This document shows, piece after piece, positions 54,929 to 64,000 of a stretch of DNA of 64,000 nt. The position numbers and the translations under genes were made by a program. Origin of the DNA: an uncultured Bacteroidales bacterium (GTDB lineage Bacteria > Bacteroidota > Bacteroidia > Bacteroidales > Bacteroidaceae). Below the pieces are notes generated by a model that had not been told where the DNA came from, did not search any database, and was given only the letters and a program-made list of their open reading frames with translations. How positions within the stretch are numbered: the stretch's first letter is position 1; the number at the start of each line of letters is the position of its first letter. The stretch is from assembly GCA_902779315.1 (NCBI GenBank), contig CACZBC010000004.1, positions 33,506 through 97,505 of the forward strand, read 5' to 3'.

Positions 54929-55038
54929 CGTCACACTAGTAAATGCCAAACGTCACACTAGTAAAATGCAAACGTCACACTAGTAAATCGCAAACGTCAC
55001 ACTATACGTTTGCAATCGTGGCACTATATGTTTGGCAA
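54929..55038. repeat. 22-bp-period tandem array (array h), five units
   Basis: Units at 54929, 54951, 54973, 54995 and 55017: CGTCACACTAGTAAATGCCAAA / CGTCACACTAGTAAAATGCAAA / CGTCACACTAGTAAATCGCAAA / CGTCACACTATACGTTTGCAAT / CGTGGCACTATATGTTTGGCAA. Confidence 0.95.
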
Positions 55039-55069
55039 CGAGGTTGGGAGTGTCAGGAAGCTTCACAAA

Positions 55070-55957
55070 TCATTGTGGCTCCTGCAGGGTGAGGTCCAAA
55101 AGCTCTTGCTGAGAACCGTTGAAGATATTACAATCGACAAAGCCCTTGATTCCGCTGACTTTGCCGCAATCGGTATGTTGCCAAAAAGTCCATTTGCCCT
55201 TGTACGCGAGCTTATCCACATAGTAATGCGCTATCCAATAAGGATAGGCATCGAACTCCGGCGTATTGAGATAATCGACTTTGAACTTGTAACCCGTATA
55301 AAGTATGGGCTTCACACCATACTCCTTCTCGACAATATCGAGCCAGATTTTTACATCACGACGCAATTGTTGGGGCGTCAAGTCACCAATCTTTTCTATG
55401 TCCAAAACGGGAGGCAAATCGCCAGGTTCAAGCTGAGCAATCGACAAGTAGAACTCTGCTTGCTTTCGCGGACTGATGCCAGGAACGAAGAAGTGATAAG
55501 CGCCTCTGATTAAGTCGTTTCGCTTGGCATTGGCAAAGTTTCGGTTGAAGTTGTCATCAAACAACATTTCACCCTCCGTCGCCTTGATGAAAACGAAGCT
55601 GACAGGAGCATTTCCAATGGAGGCATTACGGAGTTTCTCCCAGTTGATACGCTCCTGATAATGGCTGATGTCAATACCTCTCACTTCGTAGCCTTCAGGA
55701 AAAGTCGCCTCGCCATAAATAGCACGCCAGCGGAAACTGAAAGGACTGACGAAAAAATGATAGAACAGACCCACATAAATGGCTACGACGAGCAGTCCGC
55801 CAAGCCATACAAACCAGGAAGGGAGACCTTGGAAAAGACGCAAGAAGCGGAACCCACGGGAAGATTTCTTGCGCTTCCCGCGGGTTTGCTTTCTCTGACC
55901 GCTCGACTTCCTTCTCTGGGGACGGTTCGAAACGGCGTGTTTCCTTTCCTGTGTCAA
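55070..55957 (-). CDS. membrane-anchored GH25 muramidase (lysozyme)
   Basis: GIDISHYQ, FVFIKATEG and GAYHFF GH25 motifs follow a basic segment and one TM helix. The start is uncertain: the longest ORF (TTG at 56092) overlaps pfp by 128 nt, so I chose the in-frame TTG at 55957. Confidence 0.7.
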   Translation of the reverse strand: MTQERKHAVSNRPQRRKSSGQRKQTRGKRKKSSRGFRFLRLFQGLPSWFVWLGGLLVVAIYVGLFYHFFVSPFSFRWRAIYGEATFPEGYEVRGIDISHYQERINWEKLRNASIGNAPVSFVFIKATEGEMLFDDNFNRNFANAKRNDLIRGAYHFFVPGISPRKQAEFYLSIAQLEPGDLPPVLDIEKIGDLTPQQLRRDVKIWLDIVEKEYGVKPILYTGYKFKVDYLNTPEFDAYPYWIAHYYVDKLAYKGKWTFWQHTDCGKVSGIKGFVDCNIFNGSQQELLDLTLQEPQ

Positions 55958-55964
55958 GTCCGGA

Positions 55965-57614
55965 TTATTTGCCTTGTTCCAGGGCAAGCGTCTTCGTGCA
56001 TTGGTCGCACACTTCGCTTGGACCCCAGTACTGAATAGGACCAGGATAAACGTAGCATGTGTTCTTTGCCCACTCCTCACGCTTGCTTGCAAAGAACTTG
56101 AAGGGAGCTCCGTCGAGTTCTACAAGGGCCTTGCGGATTACGGGCTTCATAGCGCCGTTACGACGCTCCATGTTCATCATCATTGTGATGGGCACACCAC
56201 CTGCAATCCACTCGCTTGCGGGAGCAGTTGTGTTCTTGATGACACTCATGTAACCAGTCTTGCCGTTAGCAATCAAGCGGCTTGCGTTAAAGCCGAGACT
56301 GTAGCAGTAGTCGGCATCGTAGTTGCTGGGAGCTGCACAACGGCCTTCGTAACCGAAGAAGTGGTGCTGAGCCGAGAACTTGCCATTGTATTTGCCTTCC
56401 TTCTTCCAAGCTTCGAGCTTCATGGCTACCATAGCAGAGAGGAGCTTCTCCGTCTCGATAAGGCTGACTTGAACGTTGCCGTGGGGGTCGCGGTCGAGGC
56501 AGAGCTGACGCTCAACATCCTTGGGAAGAGACTCGAGAACAGCAAGGTTCTCAGGTGCGATATGACCCTTCACGAAGGCAACCTGTGCGTCCTTGCTCTC
56601 GAACTCACGGCTCTCGCCAGTTGCGGGGTCAGTAAGCACCTCGTTGAGTTCAGCGATAAGCTTCTTGATGGCAGGAATGAACTCAATCAGACCTTCAGGG
56701 ATGAGGACGGTACCAAAGTTGTTACCTTCGGCTGCACGGTCAGCCACAATCTTTGCGATATAAGTCACAACGTCGTCCAGACTCATGGCCTTCTGCTCTA
56801 CTTCCTCGCTGATGAGGCAAGCGTTGGGCTGTGTCTCGAGGGCACACTCCAGGGCGATGTGGCTTGCGCTACGGCCCATCAGCTTGATGAAGTGCCAGTA
56901 CTTGCGAGCACTATTGCAGTCACGCTGGATGTTGCCAATCAGTTCGCTGTAGGTCTTACAAGCGGTATCGAAGCCGAAGCTGGTTTCAATCTGCTCGTTC
57001 TTCAAGTCGCCGTCAATCGTCTTGGGACAGCCAATCACCTGAACACCATAGTTCTTGGCAGCATAATATTCAGCGAGGACGCAAGCGTTGGTGTTGCTAT
57101 CGTCACCACCAATGATGACAAGCGCCTTGATGCCGAGTTTGCGGAGAATCTCGATGCCGCTCTCGAACTGAGCTTCCTTCTCGAGTTTCGTACGGCCGGA
57201 GCCAATGATGTCGAAGCCGCCAGTATTGCGGTACTCGTCGATAAACTCGTCTGTGAACTCGACATACTTGTGGTCAACAAGTCCGCCAGGTCCCATCAGG
57301 AAGCCATACAGCTTGCTTTGCTTGTTGAGGGACTTCACACCGTCGTACAGACCGCTGATGACATTGTGACCGCCAGGAGCCTGACCGCCGCTGAGAATAA
57401 TGCCGACGTTGAACGGTTCGAGAGGCTTCTGCTCGCCTGCTTCGAAAGTAATGACGGGCATTCCATAAGTGTTGGGGAACATAGCCTTGATTTCATCCTG
57501 ATTGCCCACGCTTTGAGTTGCAGCACCTTCTACTGCTACAACGGGACCTTGCAAGGCCTTGGGAAGCTTAGGCTGGTAGGCAGCACGAGCTACCTGAAGT
57601 GCACTTTTCTTCAT
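55965..57614 (-). CDS. pfp: diphosphate--fructose-6-phosphate 1-phosphotransferase
   Basis: 549-aa long-form PFK with [16 protein letters not shown] and MGR motifs. Confidence 0.93.
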   Translation of the reverse strand: MKKSALQVARAAYQPKLPKALQGPVVAVEGAATQSVGNQDEIKAMFPNTYGMPVITFEAGEQKPLEPFNVGIILSGGQAPGGHNVISGLYDGVKSLNKQSKLYGFLMGPGGLVDHKYVEFTDEFIDEYRNTGGFDIIGSGRTKLEKEAQFESGIEILRKLGIKALVIIGGDDSNTNACVLAEYYAAKNYGVQVIGCPKTIDGDLKNEQIETSFGFDTACKTYSELIGNIQRDCNSARKYWHFIKLMGRSASHIALECALETQPNACLISEEVEQKAMSLDDVVTYIAKIVADRAAEGNNFGTVLIPEGLIEFIPAIKKLIAELNEVLTDPATGESREFESKDAQVAFVKGHIAPENLAVLESLPKDVERQLCLDRDPHGNVQVSLIETEKLLSAMVAMKLEAWKKEGKYNGKFSAQHHFFGYEGRCAAPSNYDADYCYSLGFNASRLIANGKTGYMSVIKNTTAPASEWIAGGVPITMMMNMERRNGAMKPVIRKALVELDGAPFKFFASKREEWAKNTCYVYPGPIQYWGPSEVCDQCTKTLALEQGK

Positions 57615-57658
57615 GATTCTTGTGTTTATGAGTTTATATGTTTATGAGTTTTCGCGTG

Positions 57659-57666
57659 CAAAGGTA
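57659..57666 (-). promoter_or_regulatory. -7 promoter box TAccTTTG for pfp
   Basis: TAnnTTTG match 45 nt upstream of the ATG at 57614. Confidence 0.5.
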
Positions 57667-57812
57667 CAAAAAAATCGTTAATTAATAACAGATAATTGAT
57701 AATAAAAGAACAAAAATGCAGGTAAACTTATATTTTTGATTTCCTAATTTTGAATTTCGAATTAAAAGTCGTACTTTTGTGAGTCTAAACTTACCTTATA
57801 AATAAATATAAG

Positions 57813-58076
57813 ATGAAACGCAAAGACCTGAAGAAACGCATCAACTATCTGTGTGGCGAACTTCTGGCAGAGTGTATGGCCGCAAGTGCCTTCACAGGGA
57901 AGGACAACAAGCAGGACGTGGAAAACGTGATGCTCGGCATCATGAAGATGCAGAACGACTGGATCTGCCGCCTCTCGCACGTTGAACCGGGCAGCACCAA
58001 GCTCTTCTTCAAGAAACTGAAGGAAGACATGCAGAAGCGCACAGACGAGATTATCGAACAAATACAAAACCTGTAA
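57813..58076 (+). CDS. hypothetical 87-aa helical protein
   Basis: A clean ORF downstream of a TActTTTG box (57774-57781). It abuts the next gene. No family recognised. Confidence 0.5.
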   Translation: MKRKDLKKRINYLCGELLAECMAASAFTGKDNKQDVENVMLGIMKMQNDWICRLSHVEPGSTKLFFKKLKEDMQKRTDEIIEQIQNL

Positions 58077-58621
58077 TGCTCAAGAAACTTTGCGGCAAGG
58101 TTCTTTTCGAATGGCTCCACTTCACGGAATCCATCACCGAACCTATGCCTGACAAATGCATCATAGCCCTTGCTCCACACACGAGCAACTGGGACTTCAT
58201 CATCGGCAACCTCTACAGTCGTGCCAAGGGTTTCCATTGCGACTTCCTGATGAAGAAGGAATGGTTCTTCTGGCCCATGGGCATACTGATGCGAAGGCTG
58301 GGCGGCATTCCCGTCTATCGGAGCAAGCAGATGCACTCCACAGACATCATTGCCGAGCAGGCAAAACAAGCCAAGAAGTTCCGCCTCTGCATCACTCCCG
58401 AGGGCACACGCAAAGCGCAACCCGAATGGAAGAAGGGCTTCTACTACATCGCCCTCAAAGCCGAAATCCCCATCCTGCTTTATGGTGTCGACTTCAAGGA
58501 CAGACATATCGTCTGCACAAAAACCATCGTTCCCAACGGCGACATCGAAGCCCAGATGCAGGAAATAAAAGAATATTACTCTAACTTCAAAGGACTACAC
58601 CCAGATAAATTCAAAGTATGA
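58076..58621 (+). CDS. PlsC-type acyltransferase
   Basis: HX4D motif (HTSNWD) and PEGTR motif. Confidence 0.8.
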   Translation: MLKKLCGKVLFEWLHFTESITEPMPDKCIIALAPHTSNWDFIIGNLYSRAKGFHCDFLMKKEWFFWPMGILMRRLGGIPVYRSKQMHSTDIIAEQAKQAKKFRLCITPEGTRKAQPEWKKGFYYIALKAEIPILLYGVDFKDRHIVCTKTIVPNGDIEAQMQEIKEYYSNFKGLHPDKFKV

Positions 58622-61533
58622 ACAAGAAACACATTATCCTCTCACTCGCCATCGCCCTTGGCTCGCTGACGCTTTCTGCACAGAACGATGGCATGAACAA
58701 CCTTCGAGATTACTTCGAACAATATACCAACCCCAACTTCCCCAACCTCAAGAAGATAACCGTCGAGGACATCATCACAAACCCTCAGGACAAACAAGTG
58801 ACAATTGTTCTGAGCGACAACTTCATCGCGCAACCTGTGACGCCACTCGTTGTGGGCGACCTTTACACCGAGGTACAGCGCCGGCTGCCGATGCCTTTCA
58901 ACACCTATGCCCTGACTATCCTTGCCAACGATACTCCCATCGAGCAACTCATCCCGACAAGCATGATGGACAGAGCAGACACAGCCCGTGTCTATAAACG
59001 GGAACTCTTCAAGGGCAATCCTTGGGTGACGCCGATGAGCCGTCCCTACAACATAAAGAAAGGCTTGCAAGGACGTCATCTTGGAGTGTGTCAAAGCCAC
59101 GGAAAATATTTCAGCTTCGACAAGCAGGAATGGATATGGCAGCGCCCCAGACTCTTCTGCACAACGGAAGATATGTTCACGCAAACTTTTGTCGTACCCT
59201 ACCTCATCCCGATGCTACAGAATGCAGGAGCCGTTGTCTTCACGCCAAGAGAACGTGACTGGCAGAAACAGGAAGTAGTAGTCGACAACGATGGAATGTT
59301 CGACCAGAGCCGTTACGAAGAGCACGTCCGAGAGCGTCACTGGAAAGACGGTGGCGTAGGATTTGCCTATACCGAAGAAGGTTACGAGAACGGACAGAAT
59401 CCCTTCAAGATGGGAACCTTCCGCATGACCGAAGCCATGCAGAACAAGCACATGCTGAGCGAAGCAATATGGACACCCGAAATACTTGTCGAAGGCGACT
59501 ATGCCGTTTATGTCTCCTACCAGACTTTGCCGAACAGCATTCCCGATGCCAACTATACGGTCAAGCATTGTGGCGTCGAGACTCATTTCCGCGTCAATCA
59601 GCAAATGGGTGGCGGCACTTGGGTTTATCTCGGCACATTCCACTTCATGGAGGGCAAGAGCGAGAACAATTGCATCATCCTCACCAATCAGAGCAATTAC
59701 AAAGGTGTGGTGACGGCAGATGCCGTTCGTCTGGGAGGTGGAACGGGTAATATTGTACGTGGCGATTCCACCATGTATCTTCCCGTCAGCAGCGACTTGC
59801 CGAGATGTCTGGAGGCCGCACGCTACTCCGCCCAATGGTATGGTATGCCGGAAAGCGTGTATTCTCCCCGGGGAAATGATGACGGCAAGGACGACGTCAA
59901 CACCCGACCCTTTGCCGAGAACTATATTGCAGGCGGAAGCCCTTACCTGAAGAACGACAGCGGACTTTGTGTTCCCATCGAACTTTATATGGCTGTGCAT
60001 AGTGATGCAGGTTACAGGACGGACAACACACTTGTCGGTTCGCTTGGCATCTACACGACTGGCTTCTACGACGGCATCACCGGAACAGGACTTTCCAGAC
60101 TTGTCAGTCGCGACCTTGCCGATTTGGTGATGACGCAAATCACAGAGGACTTGACGCGAGAACTTGGTACATGGAACCGCCGAGACCTATACGACAGGAA
60201 TTATGGCGAGAGTCGCGATGCGCAGTTCCCAGCCATCCTCCTCGAGATGCTCAGCCACCAGAATTGGGCTGATATGTGTCTCGGTCACGACCCCTACTTC
60301 AAGTTCCTCATGTCGCGTGCCATTTACAAAGGTGTCGTCCGCTTCCTCGCAGGCATTCACGGAGGCAAGGATGTCGTCATCCAGCCGCTTCCCGTAGCAG
60401 GCCTCAGTGCCGAAGCAAACAACCAAACCAATGAGATTACAGTTCGCTGGACGCCGAGAAACGACCCTGCAGAACCCACGGCAACGCCCGATGGCTACGT
60501 GGTTTACATGAAGAAGAACGGAGGCGATTTCGATAATGGACATTACGTGAGCGGCCACGAATGCACATATACGATGCCGGCCACACCAAGCATCCTCTAC
60601 AGTTTCCGCGTGGAAGCTGTCAACGAAGGTGGTGCCAGTATGCCGAGCGACGAAGTTTGTGCAGTTGTATCCGAGACTGCCGAAGCGCCTACAGTCCTGA
60701 TTGTCGACGCTTTCCAGAGGCTTGCAGGTCCTCTGCCTTTCGATACTGAAACGACTGGCGGCTTTGATTTCGACACAGATCCAGGCGTGATTGACGTGAT
60801 GACACCCGGCTATTGCGGACGTCAGCTGAGCTTCGACAAGAGCCAGTATGGCAAGGAAGTGGGCGAAGGAATGGGTGTGAGCAGCGACGAATGGGAAGGT
60901 ATGTTCCTTGCTGGCAATACGCACAACTATAGTGTTCGTCATGCTCAGGACATCATCACGAAGCACTACGACTGCAACATCAGCAGTTGCACACCTGCAC
61001 AGCTGCCCAACCTGGACCTGCGCGGGTATCGCATAGCTGACTTCATTCTTGGTGCGCAGAAGAACGACGGCTACTCCCTGACGCGCCGCAATGCCTTCAC
61101 GCCCGAGATGCTTGCCGCCATCTCCCAACTGACGCTCCAGAACACTTCGATTCTGGTGAGCGGCTCCTTCGTCGGAAGTGATATGCACAACGCCGAGCAG
61201 GATGCTTTCATGGGCGAGAAGCTGAAGTTCCGCTTTGTTGCCAACGTGCCGACGGACAGCATCTGCTCTGTGCAGGGACTGAACAACACGGCCACCATCT
61301 TCACCAATCCCAACGAGACGAACTACTGGGTAAGGAGTACCGACATCCTGGAGGGCATCAATGGCGCGTTCAGCACGATGGTTTACACGTCGGGCAATCA
61401 CTCGGCAGCAGTCGCCTATCCTGGTCCCGGCTATCGTGTTCTGGCATTCGGTTTCCCGCTGGACTGCATCACGGACAAAGCCACACGCCAGAGCATCATG
61501 AACATCGCCGTCGACTTCCTGCTCGGGAAATGA
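58618..61533 (+). CDS. large secreted protein with an Amidase_3-like (MurNAc-L-Ala amidase) core
   Basis: Signal peptide, AVHSDAG and PAILLEMLSHQN motifs, and an Fn3-like middle region. 4-nt overlap with the upstream gene. The function is uncertain. Confidence 0.6.
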   Translation: MNKKHIILSLAIALGSLTLSAQNDGMNNLRDYFEQYTNPNFPNLKKITVEDIITNPQDKQVTIVLSDNFIAQPVTPLVVGDLYTEVQRRLPMPFNTYALTILANDTPIEQLIPTSMMDRADTARVYKRELFKGNPWVTPMSRPYNIKKGLQGRHLGVCQSHGKYFSFDKQEWIWQRPRLFCTTEDMFTQTFVVPYLIPMLQNAGAVVFTPRERDWQKQEVVVDNDGMFDQSRYEEHVRERHWKDGGVGFAYTEEGYENGQNPFKMGTFRMTEAMQNKHMLSEAIWTPEILVEGDYAVYVSYQTLPNSIPDANYTVKHCGVETHFRVNQQMGGGTWVYLGTFHFMEGKSENNCIILTNQSNYKGVVTADAVRLGGGTGNIVRGDSTMYLPVSSDLPRCLEAARYSAQWYGMPESVYSPRGNDDGKDDVNTRPFAENYIAGGSPYLKNDSGLCVPIELYMAVHSDAGYRTDNTLVGSLGIYTTGFYDGITGTGLSRLVSRDLADLVMTQITEDLTRELGTWNRRDLYDRNYGESRDAQFPAILLEMLSHQNWADMCLGHDPYFKFLMSRAIYKGVVRFLAGIHGGKDVVIQPLPVAGLSAEANNQTNEITVRWTPRNDPAEPTATPDGYVVYMKKNGGDFDNGHYVSGHECTYTMPATPSILYSFRVEAVNEGGASMPSDEVCAVVSETAEAPTVLIVDAFQRLAGPLPFDTETTGGFDFDTDPGVIDVMTPGYCGRQLSFDKSQYGKEVGEGMGVSSDEWEGMFLAGNTHNYSVRHAQDIITKHYDCNISSCTPAQLPNLDLRGYRIADFILGAQKNDGYSLTRRNAFTPEMLAAISQLTLQNTSILVSGSFVGSDMHNAEQDAFMGEKLKFRFVANVPTDSICSVQGLNNTATIFTNPNETNYWVRSTDILEGINGAFSTMVYTSGNHSAAVAYPGPGYRVLAFGFPLDCITDKATRQSIMNIAVDFLLGK

Positions 61534-61604
61534 GAATCCACTCTTAATCCTTAATTCTTCACTCTTAATTCTTTATTCCATAGATGTATACGATACTTTG
61601 CAAT

Positions 61605-61925
61605 ATGAAAGGTTCTCGGCGGCTCTCCGTCGATGAAACTCACCTCCAGACCATCGACCGCTATTCCCTCTTTTCCGACTTGCTGGACAGCAACGGCATT
61701 GTCGAAGAGAGTGTCCTCGAGAAGTTGCGGCTGAACGTACGCAGCTTGCTTTCGCATGGAACGCCCGACCCCGATCTGGTGGACCTTTGCGAACGCATCC
61801 TCTTCCACAACGACATGAAAGCTTTCGGACTGCACCAGCTCATCTTGCTCTACATCGACTGGAAGAAGGAACAACTCGATACGCTGAAAGCCTCATTGAA
61901 GTCAGAACCCGAAGGTCAGGATTAA
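61605..61925 (+). CDS. hypothetical protein
   Basis: ORF 61584-61925, with the start set at MKGSRR. No family recognised. Confidence 0.45.
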   Translation: MKGSRRLSVDETHLQTIDRYSLFSDLLDSNGIVEESVLEKLRLNVRSLLSHGTPDPDLVDLCERILFHNDMKAFGLHQLILLYIDWKKEQLDTLKASLKSEPEGQD

Positions 61926-63752
61926 TTGGATTCAGCACATTTGAATTACAACGATTGGCTGCCGACGACCAGGAAAGAGATGGACCTGCGTGGGTGGGAA
62001 CAGGCTGACGTGATTCTCTTCAGCGCAGATGCCTATGTGGACCATCCTGCCTTTGGAGCGGCTGTCATAGGGCGTTTGCTCGAGGCAGAGGGCTTGCGCG
62101 TGGCCATCGTGCCCCAACCCGACTGGCATGGAGATTTCCGCGACTTCAAGAAGCTGGGACGTCCCCGTCTCTTCTTCGGCATCTCGCCCGGATGCATGGA
62201 CAGCATGGTGAACAAATACACCGCTGCCCGCCGCCTCAGGAGCGAGGATGCATACAGTCCCGACGGGCGGCACGACTTGCGTCCCGAGTACCCCACCATC
62301 GTCTATACCGACATCCTCAGGAAGCTCTTTCCCGATGTTCCCATCGTGCTCGGAGGCATCGAGGCAAGCCTGCGCCGAGTGATGCACTACGACTATTGGC
62401 AGGAGCGTTTCCGCCCCAGCATCCTTCAGGATTGCGATGCCGACCTCATCACTTATGGAATGGGAGAAAAGCCCACGCTGGAGCTCGTTCAGCGGCTCAA
62501 CGAGGCAATCGATTGCTTCCATCCGAAACTTCACTACGACGAGAATGGTGAGCCTTGCATCACGCGGGAAGTGATGCGCGAGGTGGTGGCCGAGATGCCC
62601 AACCAGATTGCCTTCATCTGCAAGCAGGAAGAGATACCCGGAGGCATCAAGGAGGACGACATCGTGCTCCACAGCTACGAGGATTGCCTGAAGCAGCCCA
62701 AGCTTCACGCCGAGAACTTCCGACACATCGAGGAAGAGAGCAACAAAGTGCACGCTCAGCGACTCCTGCAAGCCACAGGAGGGCGTTACGTCGTCGTCAA
62801 TCCTCCCTACCCTCCGCTCACTTCCGAAGAGCTGGACCGCAGTTTCGACTTGCCTTACACCCGCCTTCCGCACCCGAAATACAAGGGCAAACGCATCCCC
62901 GCCTACGAGATGATCAAGTTCAGCGTCACGCTCCATCGCGGATGCTTCGGGGGATGTGCCTTCTGCACGATAAGCGCGCATCAGGGCAAATTCATCGTGA
63001 GCCGTTCGAAGGAGAGCATATTAAGGGAAGTGAAAGCCATTGCCAAGATGCCCGACTTCAAGGGCTACCTGAGCGACCTTGGCGGGCCGAGCGCCAACAT
63101 GTACAAGATGCGGGGCAAGCGCCAGGAAGTGTGCGAGAAGTGCAAACGCCCCTCGTGCATCCATCCTGCCATCTGTCCGAACCTGAACGGAGACCACCGC
63201 CCCCTGCTCGACATCTACCGCGCTGTGGATGCGTTGCCGGGCATCAAGAAGAGCTTCATTGGCAGCGGTGTCCGCTACGATATGCTCCTACACGACTGGA
63301 AGGACGAAGCCCTGAACAATGCGGCCCGAGAATACACCCGCGAGCTCATCACCAAGCACGTCAGCGGACGCCTGAAGGTGGCTCCCGAGCACACCAGCGA
63401 CACCGTCCTGAACATCATGCGCAAGCCCTCATTCCGGCTCTTCCGCGAGTTCAAAAGCATCTTCGACGCCACTTGCCGCAGGGCAGGATTAAGGCAGCAA
63501 CTCATTCCCTACTTCATCAGCTCGCACCCCGGCTGCACGGAGCGCGATATGGCCGAGCTGGCACAAATCACGAAGCAGCTGGACTTCAAACTCGAGCAGG
63601 TTCAGGACTTCACACCCACGCCCCTCACAGTCAGCACAACATGCTGGGCAACGGGCTATCATCCCTACACGCTCGAGAAGATTTTCAGCGCCAAGACACC
63701 CGAGGAAAAGCGCCGCCAGAACAGCTTCTTCTTCTGGTACAAGAAAACTTGA
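61926..63752 (+). CDS. ygiQ: YgiQ-family radical SAM protein
   Basis: DWLPTTRKEMDLRGWEQADVILFSADAYVDHPAFG N-terminus and a CxxxCxxC cluster (CFGGCAFC). TTG start directly after the upstream stop. Confidence 0.9.
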   Translation: MDSAHLNYNDWLPTTRKEMDLRGWEQADVILFSADAYVDHPAFGAAVIGRLLEAEGLRVAIVPQPDWHGDFRDFKKLGRPRLFFGISPGCMDSMVNKYTAARRLRSEDAYSPDGRHDLRPEYPTIVYTDILRKLFPDVPIVLGGIEASLRRVMHYDYWQERFRPSILQDCDADLITYGMGEKPTLELVQRLNEAIDCFHPKLHYDENGEPCITREVMREVVAEMPNQIAFICKQEEIPGGIKEDDIVLHSYEDCLKQPKLHAENFRHIEEESNKVHAQRLLQATGGRYVVVNPPYPPLTSEELDRSFDLPYTRLPHPKYKGKRIPAYEMIKFSVTLHRGCFGGCAFCTISAHQGKFIVSRSKESILREVKAIAKMPDFKGYLSDLGGPSANMYKMRGKRQEVCEKCKRPSCIHPAICPNLNGDHRPLLDIYRAVDALPGIKKSFIGSGVRYDMLLHDWKDEALNNAAREYTRELITKHVSGRLKVAPEHTSDTVLNIMRKPSFRLFREFKSIFDATCRRAGLRQQLIPYFISSHPGCTERDMAELAQITKQLDFKLEQVQDFTPTPLTVSTTCWATGYHPYTLEKIFSAKTPEEKRRQNSFFFWYKKT

Positions 63753-63757
63753 CATCA

Positions 63758-63852
63758 TTGATTTTGAAACTTGAATTTTGGATTTAATATTTTTGAATCT
63801 TGAATTTATTAATTTTGAATTTTGAATTTTGAATTAACTAATTTTGAATTAA
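63758..63852. repeat. heptamer microsatellite tract (TTTTGAA)n, partly degenerate
   Basis: ...AATTTTGAATTTTGAATTTTGAATT... It fills the gap between ygiQ and the next gene. Confidence 0.9.
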
Positions 63853-63858
63853 CAGATA

Positions 63859-64000
63859 ATGCAAAGCGAATGGTTTGAATGCAAGGTCCGTTACGACAAG
63901 ACCTTGGAGAGCGGTCTCATCAAGAAGACCACAGAGACATATTTGGTAGACGCCCTCAGCTTCACGGAAGCCGAGAAGCGCTTCATCGAGGAGATAGAGC
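63859..64000 (+). CDS. DUF4494-like protein, N-terminal fragment
   Basis: MQSEWFECKVRYDKTLESGLIKKTTETYLVDALSFTEAEKRFIEEIE. The family is from memory. It runs off the window edge. Confidence 0.6.
   Translation, partial: MQSEWFECKVRYDKTLESGLIKKTTETYLVDALSFTEAEKRFIEEIE

Noticed and set aside
55974-57647. 557-aa ORF antisense to pfp. Similar antisense ORFs lie at 48492-49820 (leuB/cimA), 16660-17775 (Wza-like), 617-1717 (ABC-F), 35310-37277 (glgB) and 61932-62981 (ygiQ).
   Set aside because: All are mirror ORFs of genes with clear catalytic motifs on the other strand. None has a promoter box or a recognisable domain.
1-64000. Mobile elements, prophage, integrative element, defence island, tRNA or rRNA genes.
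   Set aside because: I saw no integrase, transposase, recombinase, restriction-modification, phage structural or cas-like translation in any frame. I found no tRNA-like T-arm or rRNA-like sequence in the intergenic gaps. The stand-alone HsdR-N-like domain gene (26224-26682) has no partner R-M genes.

Overview
This window is a chromosomal, mostly housekeeping segment of a Bacteroidota genome. The phylum call, and a probable Prevotella-like Bacteroidales origin, is an inference from four things: TAnnTTTG -7 promoter boxes 15-30 nt upstream of many start codons, no Shine-Dalgarno sequences, type III glutamine synthetase and PPi-phosphofructokinase, and several families I recognise from memory as Bacteroidota-typical. 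About 58 protein genes are supported. They include rho, ffh, folD, trmD, pyrK-pyrD, holA, dnaX, aguA-aguB, glnN, glgB, leuA-leuC-leuD-(citramalate synthase-like)-leuB, pfp and ygiQ, plus envelope genes (TonB-dependent receptor, patatin/Omp85 fusion, porin, Wza-like exporter). I found no rRNA, tRNA, CRISPR array, integrase, transposase, prophage or recognisable defence island. The unusual content is mostly non-coding. (1) A dispersed family of spacer-less tandem arrays with an exact 22-bp period fills at least nine intergenic gaps, about 45 units in 64 kb, and one array splits pyrK from pyrD. (2) Stop-codon-containing 7-bp microsatellites are pervasive in intergenic DNA, and the same heptamer forms all three intercistronic linkers of ffh-folD-patatin-next gene. 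(3) Two long gene-free gaps and one structured leader/sRNA candidate remain unexplained. The coding oddities are an OmpR-type DNA-binding domain fused to a degenerate histidine-kinase ATPase domain, a zeta-toxin-like P-loop kinase coupled to a small downstream ORF directly behind trmD, an extended NusG paralogue, and a tight porin/large membrane protein/CXXCH beta-propeller operon. All family names come from motifs read in the translations and from memory. No database search was run.
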